Shown here: piece by piece, positions 28,126-36,069 of the stretch
Layout: every line of letters begins with the position of its first letter
Numbering within the stretch: the stretch's first letter is position 1
Assembly (NCBI GenBank): GCA_902595195.1
Contig: CACJPC010000001.1
Span: 86,654 to 150,653, forward strand
Reading direction: 5' to 3'
From: an uncultured Candidatus Actinomarina sp.
GTDB taxonomy: Bacteria > Actinomycetota > Acidimicrobiia > Actinomarinales > Actinomarinaceae
Length of the DNA stretch: 64,000 bases
Notes under the pieces: generated by a model
Seen by the model: the letters and a program-made list of their open reading frames with translations, nothing else
Database searches by the model: none
What the model was told of the DNA's origin: nothing
Made by a program: the position numbers and the translations under genes

Positions 28126-28718
28126 TTAACATTTATAACATCAATGTGTCTTATGTTTGTTGAATTAATGGTGAATTTTTCTTGTTTCACGTGAAACTTT
28201 TCTTTATTTTCGTTTAAATTTTCTCCGTTTGAAGAGACTATGTATGTTACGTTTTTTAATTGTTTTATGTTTTTCAAAACGTCTTTTGATGAGATAAAGC
28301 AGCGAGAAATGTACGTGTTGTTATCTGTTAAAACTGCATCGGCACTCTCATTAAGAACTTCAACATTTTCTAAATTTAATATATTTTTTAGCCTTTGAAG
28401 TTCAAAAGCTCTACTTTCGCTTATGTCGACAAGGGTGAATAATTTGTTTGGGTTAGTTAAAGCAATAGGAATTCCAGGAATTCCACCGCCTGTGCCTAGG
28501 TCATATATGTTTTTATCATTATTTTTAATATTTTGCAGTATTTTTCCAAAATACAACGAGTGGACTATGAATTCGTCCCATATGTACTGCAAGGGCTTTT
28601 CACTTATTAATCCATTGTTTATGCCTGTTTTGCACAACCAATCATGGTAGCTTTTGAGCCTTTCAAGATAGTTTTTGTACTCATTACCCCAATCTGGAAT
28701 TTGGGGCTCGAAGGTCAT
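28122..28718 (-). CDS. rsmG: 16S rRNA (guanine527-N7)-methyltransferase
   Basis: SAM motif DLGTGGGIPGIP, in the conserved position between jag and parA. Confidence 0.85.
   Translation of the reverse strand: MTFEPQIPDWGNEYKNYLERLKSYHDWLCKTGINNGLISEKPLQYIWDEFIVHSLYFGKILQNIKNNDKNIYDLGTGGGIPGIPIALTNPNKLFTLVDISESRAFELQRLKNILNLENVEVLNESADAVLTDNNTYISRCFISSKDVLKNIKQLKNVTYIVSSNGENLNENKEKFHVKQEKFTINSTNIRHIDVINVK
28183..28198. promoter_or_regulatory. parS centromere-like site
   Basis: TGTTTCACGTGAAACT matches the consensus TGTTTCACGTGAAACA at 15 of 16 positions. It lies inside the 3' part of rsmG. Confidence 0.75.
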
Positions 28719-29458
28719 TCTTCTTCTTCGGGAGCAAAAACAACTGACCTATACGGTTCTCTACCTTCAGAATAAGACCTAATTCCGTCAAAAGTTGCCG
28801 CAGCGTCGTGGAGTGTTTTTCTATCAACAGAGTTCATTGGCTCTAACATAACTTCTTGTTTGTCTTCAAGAATTTGTTTACTCAATCTTTCTGCATATAT
28901 TGTCAGCGCTTCTTTGCGTTTTGTTGCATAATCAGCGACATCAAGCCTAAGTCTTGTTCCGGCGCCTGTTTTTCTTTGTACTACAGTTCTTGTCAGCTCG
29001 TGTATAGATCTTATAATAAAACCTTTTTCTCCAACTAGTGCCTCTGTTTGTTCTCCTGTTACATTCACAATTAGATTTTCGTCTTCTAGTGTGCCTTCAA
29101 CTTTACCGTCAAGTCCAAAAGACTTTATTAAACCCTCTAAAAAGTTAATAGAAACCTTTAACTGTTCATCTTTATCGGCCTCTATACGCGGCTTTTTGGG
29201 AGAATATTGTTTTTTGTACCCGTTTTTATTACCACTATTCCTTTTATTTTTGTTGTTGTAGTTTCTAGAACCACCGTTTCTTACAGAAATTCGAACAAGA
29301 GCTTTCGTTCCACCCACTCCAAAGACACCGCCTTCTGGTTCTCTTAAAATATTTATATTTGCTTGCGTTGCGTCTTCAAGGTTTAGTTCGTTTAATCCAG
29401 CTTTAATTGCGTCATCTATAGATTTTGCTTCAACCTCTACCCATTTATTGTTAGCCAT
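28715..29458 (-). CDS. jag: Jag/KhpB RNA-binding protein (Jag_N, KH, R3H)
   Basis: Domain pattern plus the conserved position downstream of yidC. Confidence 0.85.
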   Translation of the reverse strand: MANNKWVEVEAKSIDDAIKAGLNELNLEDATQANINILREPEGGVFGVGGTKALVRISVRNGGSRNYNNKNKRNSGNKNGYKKQYSPKKPRIEADKDEQLKVSINFLEGLIKSFGLDGKVEGTLEDENLIVNVTGEQTEALVGEKGFIIRSIHELTRTVVQRKTGAGTRLRLDVADYATKRKEALTIYAERLSKQILEDKQEVMLEPMNSVDRKTLHDAAATFDGIRSYSEGREPYRSVVFAPEEEE

Positions 29459-30270
29459 TACTTTCTCCTTCTTTTTTTGCGGTTTTTACGAGAATCTTCT
29501 TGAACAGGGTTTTGTTGTTGTTCCTCGTTTTCTTTTTTGTTATCTTCTTTTTTATTAGTTTCTTTATCATCAAGCTTTACAATCAATGCTTGTTGCCCAA
29601 TACGAAATATATTTCCTGTTAGAAAGTAGACAACTAAACCTGTTGGTAAAGTCCAAGAAATAAATCCGAAAAATATAGGCATAACTTTTCCTACCATTTG
29701 CATTTGTTGTGCTTGAGGATTGTCGCTTTTTCCAGTCTTCTTAGTTATCTGATTCTGCTGATATAAAGCAGTAAGAATAACCAATAAAATCAGAACTAAA
29801 TAAGGAACTCTTTCAATCCACTCAGCAACTTCTGAGGGTGGAATTTGGAGATCCATATTAAAAAATTTAAGGCTCGTACTAACAGCTAGGCTGTTTGAAA
29901 GACTAGATGAGCTTGGTATAAAAGCCAAAGGCTCTCTTAGAACCCTAAAAAGAGCAAACCATATAGGCATTTGAACTAAAAGTGGAAGTATGCAACCAAG
30001 GGGATTAATGCCCTTTTCTTTATACATTGCAGCCATTGCTTTGTTGAGTTCTTCTTTGTTGTCTTTGTGTTGTTTTTGAAGTCGTTTTATGTCCGACTGA
30101 GCATCTTGCATTCTCTTTGTTGATCTAGTTTGTCTTAGTGTAAGTGGGAAAATTATTACGTTAATTATTATTGTCAAAATGACAATTGAATATCCATATG
30201 ATGCGGTGTAGTCATACACATAAGAGAGTAAAAACCCTATAGCAAGCGCAAATGGTTCTAATATTGCCAA
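29458..30270 (-). CDS. yidC: membrane protein insertase YidC (short monoderm type with basic C-terminal tail)
   Basis: Five-TM core with a C-terminal KNRKKRRRK tail, in conserved synteny. Confidence 0.9.
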   Translation of the reverse strand: MAILEPFALAIGFLLSYVYDYTASYGYSIVILTIIINVIIFPLTLRQTRSTKRMQDAQSDIKRLQKQHKDNKEELNKAMAAMYKEKGINPLGCILPLLVQMPIWFALFRVLREPLAFIPSSSSLSNSLAVSTSLKFFNMDLQIPPSEVAEWIERVPYLVLILLVILTALYQQNQITKKTGKSDNPQAQQMQMVGKVMPIFFGFISWTLPTGLVVYFLTGNIFRIGQQALIVKLDDKETNKKEDNKKENEEQQQNPVQEDSRKNRKKRRRK

Positions 30271-30473
30271 TTTTTACCAATTTTCTTATATATTGGGTTG
30301 CAAATGAATATTCTTCTAAAAATAACTGGAACAGTCCTAATCAAACCGTTTTTTTCAAAACTATCAACGATAACATTTGTACATGATGGGTAGTACATGC
30401 AGTTGCCCCCACCTAAACCAAATAATGCGAGTAGAGACCTTGATCCTTGAAGAAAAAACCCTAATATTTTCAT
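30258..30473 (-). CDS. yidD: membrane protein insertion efficiency factor YidD
   Basis: CMYYPSCTNV...RRIFICNP is the YidD signature. Confidence 0.85.
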   Translation of the reverse strand: MKILGFFLQGSRSLLALFGLGGGNCMYYPSCTNVIVDSFEKNGLIRTVPVIFRRIFICNPIYKKIGKNWQY

Positions 30474-30479
30474 TCTTTT

Positions 30480-30797
30480 TTAGAGTAAGGGGTGAGACTT
30501 AAAAATCTTCAAAATTTCAGATGATGTTAGGTTTGACGAATCTTTATTTCCAACAACTAAAATGTCCAGATTTTTATTGTCTGATAGGCTCCTTACTGCT
30601 TCCCTTGTCCTTCTTTTAAACTTATTTCTATTAACTGCATTCGCATGCTTGCTTGAAATACTTATTCCAAGTCTTGAAGAGGTTGTACCGTTTTCTTTAA
30701 CAAAAACCTTTAGGCCTTTTGAGGCTATACAAAATTCTTCTTTTTTCAGGTTATCAAAATGATTTTTTTTATTCAGCGAAGTAAACTTCACACTCAC
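30480..30797 (-). CDS. rnpA: ribonuclease P protein component
   Basis: GTG start, a basic RNR-like motif (NRNKFKRRTREA), and a position directly downstream of rpmH. Confidence 0.85.
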   Translation of the reverse strand: MSVKFTSLNKKNHFDNLKKEEFCIASKGLKVFVKENGTTSSRLGISISSKHANAVNRNKFKRRTREAVRSLSDNKNLDILVVGNKDSSNLTSSEILKIFKSHPLL

Positions 30798-30800
30798 TAC

Positions 30801-30935
30801 CTAGGCAGACAGAATTTTACGACCCTTTTTTCTTCTTCTTTTAAGAATTTCGCGTCCTGCTCTTGTACGCATTCTTGATCTAAAACCGTGTTTTCTGCTT
30901 CTTTTTCTATTACTAGGTTGATATGTTCTTTTCAT
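30801..30935 (-). CDS. rpmH: 50S ribosomal protein L34
   Basis: Absent from the ORF track (44 aa). Codon-by-codon translation gives [44 protein letters not shown]. Confidence 0.95.
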   Translation of the reverse strand: MKRTYQPSNRKRSRKHGFRSRMRTRAGREILKRRRKKGRKILSA

Positions 30936-31211
30936 TTAATACCTGTTTGTAAGAATAAATGAAGAAATTAATTAAACAAAACAAAATAAATTTTATTTTT
31001 GACTAGTTCGCGAAAAGGATTTTTAGCTCGCGAAAAACAAACTAACTAGCTTTAACAAACAACTTTATTAATAATTAATGTGTATTACTTGTTTAGGGTT
31101 TTACTCAATGTTTATTGAGGTTTTTCAAAGTTTTAAACACTTTGTGAAATTTTAATCTGTTTTTCACACTCTATGAAAATCTTGTTTTAGTGGTTAAGTT
31201 TATATCTGGTT
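30936..31211. other. candidate oriC / dnaA promoter region
   Basis: A 276-bp AT-rich rpmH-dnaA spacer. DnaA-box-like 9-mers are TTTTTCACA (31160-31168, fits TTWTNCACA), TGTGTATTA (31079-31087) and TGTGAAATT (31143-31151). An AT tract lies at 30961-31000. Confidence 0.5.
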
Positions 31212-31235
31212 ATGGGGAGTAGGGGAAATACTGTA

Positions 31236-32552
31236 ATGCTTGAAGAGTTTAAAGCCTTATTAGAAAAGTCTTTGACCAACAAGACAGATAGATATTGGTT
31301 AGATCAGGTTGGCCTTGAAATAAACGATGAGAACGATCTTTGTATTGTTGTTTCATCTGATTTTATAAAATCAGCTATTGAAAAAAAGGTCTATTCAAAA
31401 ATTAAGTCAGTATATCAACTTGAATATAACAACAAGGCTGATTGTGTTTTTGTTGTTGATAAGAACTTTCAAAAAACAAGTATATACGAAAGGTCAAGCG
31501 TTGAAACAACCATAGTTGAGAAAAAGCAAGATGATGTTGTTGTTGAGACTCGTTATGATTTGTCCTTTTTTGATGAGCTTTTTGTTGGTGGTTGTAATAA
31601 TCTGGCGATAACAGCAGCTAAAAACGTTGTTATATCACCCGGTAAACGGTTTAATCCACTTTTTGTTTATGGTAAACCAGGTGTTGGAAAAACCCACCTT
31701 TTGAAAACCATTGAGGCGTCAAGTAATTCCTCTTTCTATATTGACTCGGAATCTTTTCTTGAGTCATATATTTCCGGTATAAAGAATAATGATATTGACA
31801 ACTTTAAAAAGAGAATTAGGTCTGTAGACATTTTATTAGTAGATGATATTCAGTTTTTTGTAGGCAAAAAAGGTGTTTCTGAAGAGCTTTTTCATACAAT
31901 TAACTATTTTTTAAACAATTCAAAGTCTGTGGTTTTAGCATCCGACCAGAAACCCCAAGAACTTAATGGTTTTCCGGATCGTTTGATTTCTAGAATTTTA
32001 AACGGACTAGTAACAGACATAGAAAAACCTGATAGGGAAATTTTTTCTGAAGTCTTAAAAAAGAACAATGTTGAATTTGAAGGTTTGTTGTTTTCTAAAA
32101 ATGATTTAGAAACGTTGCTTTCGTTGGACTTTCAAAGCTTTAGAGAAATAAATGGTGTTGTTAACAATCTAATTATTAACAAACAAACTGGTGTAAGTAA
32201 CAACAAATACATATCTGAGCTCGTTTCAATGTATAGTAACAATAAGATAATGGAGTTAACTCCGGAGTTTATTCTAAAGTACTGTTCGGAGGTTTACCAG
32301 GTTGACGAAAGGCTTGTTCTTTCAAAAAACAGAAGTGAACTTGTAAGCAACGCTAGACACCTGTTTATTTATTTGATGAGGAAACATACTGAGTACTCCT
32401 TAAACCAAATTGGTTTATATGTGGGGAACAGATCTCACTCAACGGTTCTCTCTTCCATAAAGAAGGTCGAAGGTTCAAGTTTGTTTAAAAAAGAAGTTAA
32501 CATTTTCAACAACAAAATAGATAATAACTCAACAAAATTTGTTGGTGTTTAG
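31236..32552 (+). CDS. dnaA: chromosomal replication initiator protein DnaA
   Basis: AAA+ Walker A GKPGVGKTHLL plus a C-terminal DnaA-box binding domain. ATG 31236 is preceded by AGGGGA; the track start ATG 31212 is the alternative. Confidence 0.9.
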   Translation: MLEEFKALLEKSLTNKTDRYWLDQVGLEINDENDLCIVVSSDFIKSAIEKKVYSKIKSVYQLEYNNKADCVFVVDKNFQKTSIYERSSVETTIVEKKQDDVVVETRYDLSFFDELFVGGCNNLAITAAKNVVISPGKRFNPLFVYGKPGVGKTHLLKTIEASSNSSFYIDSESFLESYISGIKNNDIDNFKKRIRSVDILLVDDIQFFVGKKGVSEELFHTINYFLNNSKSVVLASDQKPQELNGFPDRLISRILNGLVTDIEKPDREIFSEVLKKNNVEFEGLLFSKNDLETLLSLDFQSFREINGVVNNLIINKQTGVSNNKYISELVSMYSNNKIMELTPEFILKYCSEVYQVDERLVLSKNRSELVSNARHLFIYLMRKHTEYSLNQIGLYVGNRSHSTVLSSIKKVEGSSLFKKEVNIFNNKIDNNSTKFVGV

Positions 32553-32662
32553 AATGTTGAAAACTACTAATGTGTTTTTAAAGCCTTTTAAGGTGTTTTC
32601 TGTTTTTTTAAACACTTTAAACAGCTTTATTATTGTTATATATATAAAAGAATAAGAGGTAT

Positions 32663-33784
32663 TTGTTGAAATTTAAAACAACAACCAAGAGTATAAAAGA
32701 ATATGTTTTAACGGTGTCGAAAGCTATTGATGTTAAACCCTCCACCCCAGCACTCCAAGGTCTTTATATAAAAATTAAAGAAAACCTTTGTGAGTTAACA
32801 GGGTCCGATCTAGACCTGGTTATAAAAGCCAGTTTTGAAGTAGAGTCTATTGTCGACGGAGAATGCCTCGTCAATGCAAGAATTTTTTCAGAAGTGGTAA
32901 GGAAACTACCTTCAGGAGAAGTTGTCTTTTCAGACATAGGGAACGAGATCAAAGTAGAAACAAAAAAAACAGAATACAGGCTTAGAAAACTAGATCACTT
33001 AACTTATCCCAAAACACTACTAGAAGAACAACACAACACCTCTGAAAGTAAACAACTTAAAACAACAAACCTTTTTGATGCACTAAAAAAGGTAGGTGTA
33101 GCAGCATCTCCAGAGGGAGGAAAACCAATACTCACAGGAGTCTTCTTTGATAACGAAAACAACGAAACAAACCTCGTTTCAACCGACAGCTACAGGCTTG
33201 CAACCAATACCGTTTTTGACCTTCCAATTTCCGACGCAGGAATTGTTTCATTTAGGTCTTTAAACGAAACAATAAAAATATTTGAAGACAGCGAAGAAGA
33301 AATAAACATAAACTCAACAGAAAGAGAGCTACACTTTTACAACAAAAGATATTACACATCAGTAAGAAAACTAGAAGGAACGTTTCCAGAGTATAAAATG
33401 TTGTTTCCTAAAGAAAATCTTTTTTCAATAGAAGTTGATAAAAAATCTATATTGGAATCACTAGACAGATCAACTGTTGTCGCAGAGGGTTTTATACCTG
33501 TAACCCTTAAGGTAGTGGATGACAAAACTCTTAATATCTCGTCTACCAATAAAGACATTGGTGGAGGCAACGAAGTGGTAGACATAAAAATATTAGGACT
33601 TGAAGTAGGAGACATTTCTGGTTTTGAAATATCGTTTAACCCAAACTATCTAATTCAAGGCATTGAAGTTTTGGAAGGAAACAAAGCTTATCTAAGGTTT
33701 TCTGGAAATGACAAACCAGCTGTTATTCAAGGAGAAGAAGAACACTACAAGTATTTATTAATGCCTGTTAGAACGAACCAATAA
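32663..33784 (+). CDS. dnaN: DNA polymerase III beta sliding clamp
   Basis: TTG start after AAGAGG, a three-domain clamp pattern, and a C-terminal LLMPVR. Confidence 0.9.
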   Translation: MLKFKTTTKSIKEYVLTVSKAIDVKPSTPALQGLYIKIKENLCELTGSDLDLVIKASFEVESIVDGECLVNARIFSEVVRKLPSGEVVFSDIGNEIKVETKKTEYRLRKLDHLTYPKTLLEEQHNTSESKQLKTTNLFDALKKVGVAASPEGGKPILTGVFFDNENNETNLVSTDSYRLATNTVFDLPISDAGIVSFRSLNETIKIFEDSEEEININSTERELHFYNKRYYTSVRKLEGTFPEYKMLFPKENLFSIEVDKKSILESLDRSTVVAEGFIPVTLKVVDDKTLNISSTNKDIGGGNEVVDIKILGLEVGDISGFEISFNPNYLIQGIEVLEGNKAYLRFSGNDKPAVIQGEEEHYKYLLMPVRTNQ

Positions 33785-34066
33785 ATGTTCAACAAAGAAC
33801 CCCAAAAAATTAATCCAAACGACTCAGGTATTGACTTTTCAAAATCCGAAAAGATTAGAAAACACTTTAAAAACGAGAAAACCAACCTTTACAGCGAAAT
33901 AATACCGGGACCAGTTGTTGGGGATGAGTTAATTCTCTATGTTGACTCAAAAAGATTGAAAAACCTAATCGAACTACAACAAGAAAAGCTGTTAGTTGAT
34001 ATAGAAAAAAATACAAAAATAAAGTTAAAAAAACTGAATATTCAAGTAGATAATAACCAGCAATAA
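33785..34066 (+). CDS. DUF721/DciA-like small protein (tentative)
   Basis: A 93-aa ORF in the slot occupied by the DUF721 protein before gyrB in Actinobacteria. VVGDELILYVDSKRLKNLIELQQEKLLVDIEKNTKIKLKKLNIQV resembles the DUF721 core pattern. Confidence 0.45.
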   Translation: MFNKEPQKINPNDSGIDFSKSEKIRKHFKNEKTNLYSEIIPGPVVGDELILYVDSKRLKNLIELQQEKLLVDIEKNTKIKLKKLNIQVDNNQQ

Positions 34067-34143
34067 TCAGCAAATCTAGTAAAATAAGAGTTCAGCAAGG
34101 GGCTGTAATATAAGCAAAAAGAAACGTATCTTGGAGATAGTTC

Positions 34144-36069
34144 GTGTCTAAAAAAGATTCAAATAATAGTTATGATTCAAAAGATATAAAAATTCTTGAG
34201 GGTCTAGAAGCAGTTAGAAAGCGCCCTGCAATGTATATTGGATCTACAGGTCCAAATGGATTACACCACCTAATTTGGGAAGTTTTAGACAACTCTGTTG
34301 ATGAAGCTATGGCTGGAAGATGTTCTAAGATAAAAGTTAGTCTAGAAAAAAACGGTTCAGTTACTGTTGAAGACGACGGAAGCGGAATACCAGTAAAACC
34401 GCACCCCAAAACAAAAATATCTGCACTCACAACAGTATTAACAACACTTCATGCTGGTGGAAAGTTTGAATCAGGAGCCTATACCGTTAGTGGTGGATTG
34501 CATGGAGTTGGAATATCTGTTGTTAACGCTTTATCAACATACGTTAAAGTAGAGGTTCAAAGAGACGGTCATTTTTGGAATCAAGACTTTGACTTGGGAA
34601 AACCAAAATCCAAAATCAAAAAAGGAAAAGTTTCAAAAAAAACAGGTACTAAAGTTAACTTTTTAGCAGATCCAGAAATATTTGATGAGACCCAAACATA
34701 TGATTACAACATAGTTGATGAAAGACTTAGACAAACTGCGTTTCTTAACAAAGGTTTGAAAATAACACTTGTTGACAACAGAGTTAAGCCACCCACAAAA
34801 GAAGAGTATCACTATAAAGGTGGCCTCACAGATTTTGTTGAATATTTAAATGACGGTTTTGATCCACTACATCAAAAAATAATTTCTTTTTCAGACCAAA
34901 CAAAAGACTCAGAAATCGAGGTTGCACTCCAGTGGAAAAACGAAGACGATGTAACAATAAAAAGCTTTGCTAACAACATACACACCCTAGAGGGTGGTAC
35001 TCATGAAGAAGGGCTAAGAACAGCTGTTACCAAAGCAATTAACGACTTTGCAAAAAAAAGAAATCTTCATTCGGACATATCTTTAACAGGAGACGACATA
35101 AGAGAAGGGCTTACAGGTGTGGTCTCTGTAAGGGTAAAAGAACCTCAATTCGAAGGACAGACAAAAACAAAATTAGGAAATACTGAAATGAAATCAAGGG
35201 TTCAAGTTCTAATTAATGAAGAGTTTCCAAAATGGTTAACCAAAAACACCAAAGAGGGTAGAGCAATAGTAGAAAGATGCGCAGTTGCTGCAAAAGCAAG
35301 AATGAGTGCAAAAAAAGCTAGAGAGCTCACCAAGCGTAAAAGCATTTTAGAGACCTCAGGCCTTCCAGGAAAACTTGCAGACTGCTCTTCAACAGACCCA
35401 ACAGAAAGTGAGTTGTTCATTGTAGAAGGAGACTCGGCAGCTGGTCCTGCCAAACAAGCACGAGACTCAAGAGTGCAAGCAATTCTGCCGATCAGGGGAA
35501 AGATTATAAACGTTCAAAAAGTTACAGAAAACAGAGCTCTTCAAAACGAAGAGATAAGCGCACTCATTAAAGCTATTGGTACCGGTATAAAGCTTCAGTT
35601 CAACGAAGAAGAGTCAAGATATGACAAAATAATATTTTTGACAGATGCTGATGTTGACGGTGCACATATTAGAACACTACTTCTTACATTCTTTTTTAAA
35701 TTTATGCCTGGTTTGATAACAAGTGGAAAAGTCTGGATATCAGAACCACCGTTATATCGAGTAAAAGCATCATCAGGAATAACATACTTAAAAGACGATG
35801 AAGCGCTGAATAAATTTAAAAAAGAAAACAAAAACAAAAAGTTTGATATAAGCAGATTCAAAGGGTTGGGAGAAATGAACGCTGGGGAGTTGTGGGACAC
35901 CGCAATGAATCCTGAGACTAGAACCTTAATTAAAGTTACACTTGCAGACGCTAAAGGTGCGATGGCGAAGGCTTCTGATATGTTTGAAATTTTAATGGGA
36001 AACGATGTTTCAAAAAGAAAACTTTTTATTGAAAAGAACGCTAAAGACGTGAGGTTTCTTGACGTATAA
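34144..36069 (+). CDS. gyrB: DNA gyrase subunit B
   Basis: GTG start after GGAGA. GHKL ATPase motifs (LEAVRKRPAMYIGS, GGLHGVG) and Toprim motifs (EGDSAGG, DADVDGAHI) are present. Confidence 0.95.
   Translation: MSKKDSNNSYDSKDIKILEGLEAVRKRPAMYIGSTGPNGLHHLIWEVLDNSVDEAMAGRCSKIKVSLEKNGSVTVEDDGSGIPVKPHPKTKISALTTVLTTLHAGGKFESGAYTVSGGLHGVGISVVNALSTYVKVEVQRDGHFWNQDFDLGKPKSKIKKGKVSKKTGTKVNFLADPEIFDETQTYDYNIVDERLRQTAFLNKGLKITLVDNRVKPPTKEEYHYKGGLTDFVEYLNDGFDPLHQKIISFSDQTKDSEIEVALQWKNEDDVTIKSFANNIHTLEGGTHEEGLRTAVTKAINDFAKKRNLHSDISLTGDDIREGLTGVVSVRVKEPQFEGQTKTKLGNTEMKSRVQVLINEEFPKWLTKNTKEGRAIVERCAVAAKARMSAKKARELTKRKSILETSGLPGKLADCSSTDPTESELFIVEGDSAAGPAKQARDSRVQAILPIRGKIINVQKVTENRALQNEEISALIKAIGTGIKLQFNEEESRYDKIIFLTDADVDGAHIRTLLLTFFFKFMPGLITSGKVWISEPPLYRVKASSGITYLKDDEALNKFKKENKNKKFDISRFKGLGEMNAGELWDTAMNPETRTLIKVTLADAKGAMAKASDMFEILMGNDVSKRKLFIEKNAKDVRFLDV

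Noticed and set aside
32553-32662. The dnaA-dnaN spacer, considered as the sole oriC as in Mycobacterium and Streptomyces.
   Set aside because: It is only 110 bp and its best DnaA-box-like 9-mer matches 6/9. The rpmH-dnaA spacer has better boxes. The spacer is kept as a possible unwinding half of a bipartite origin.
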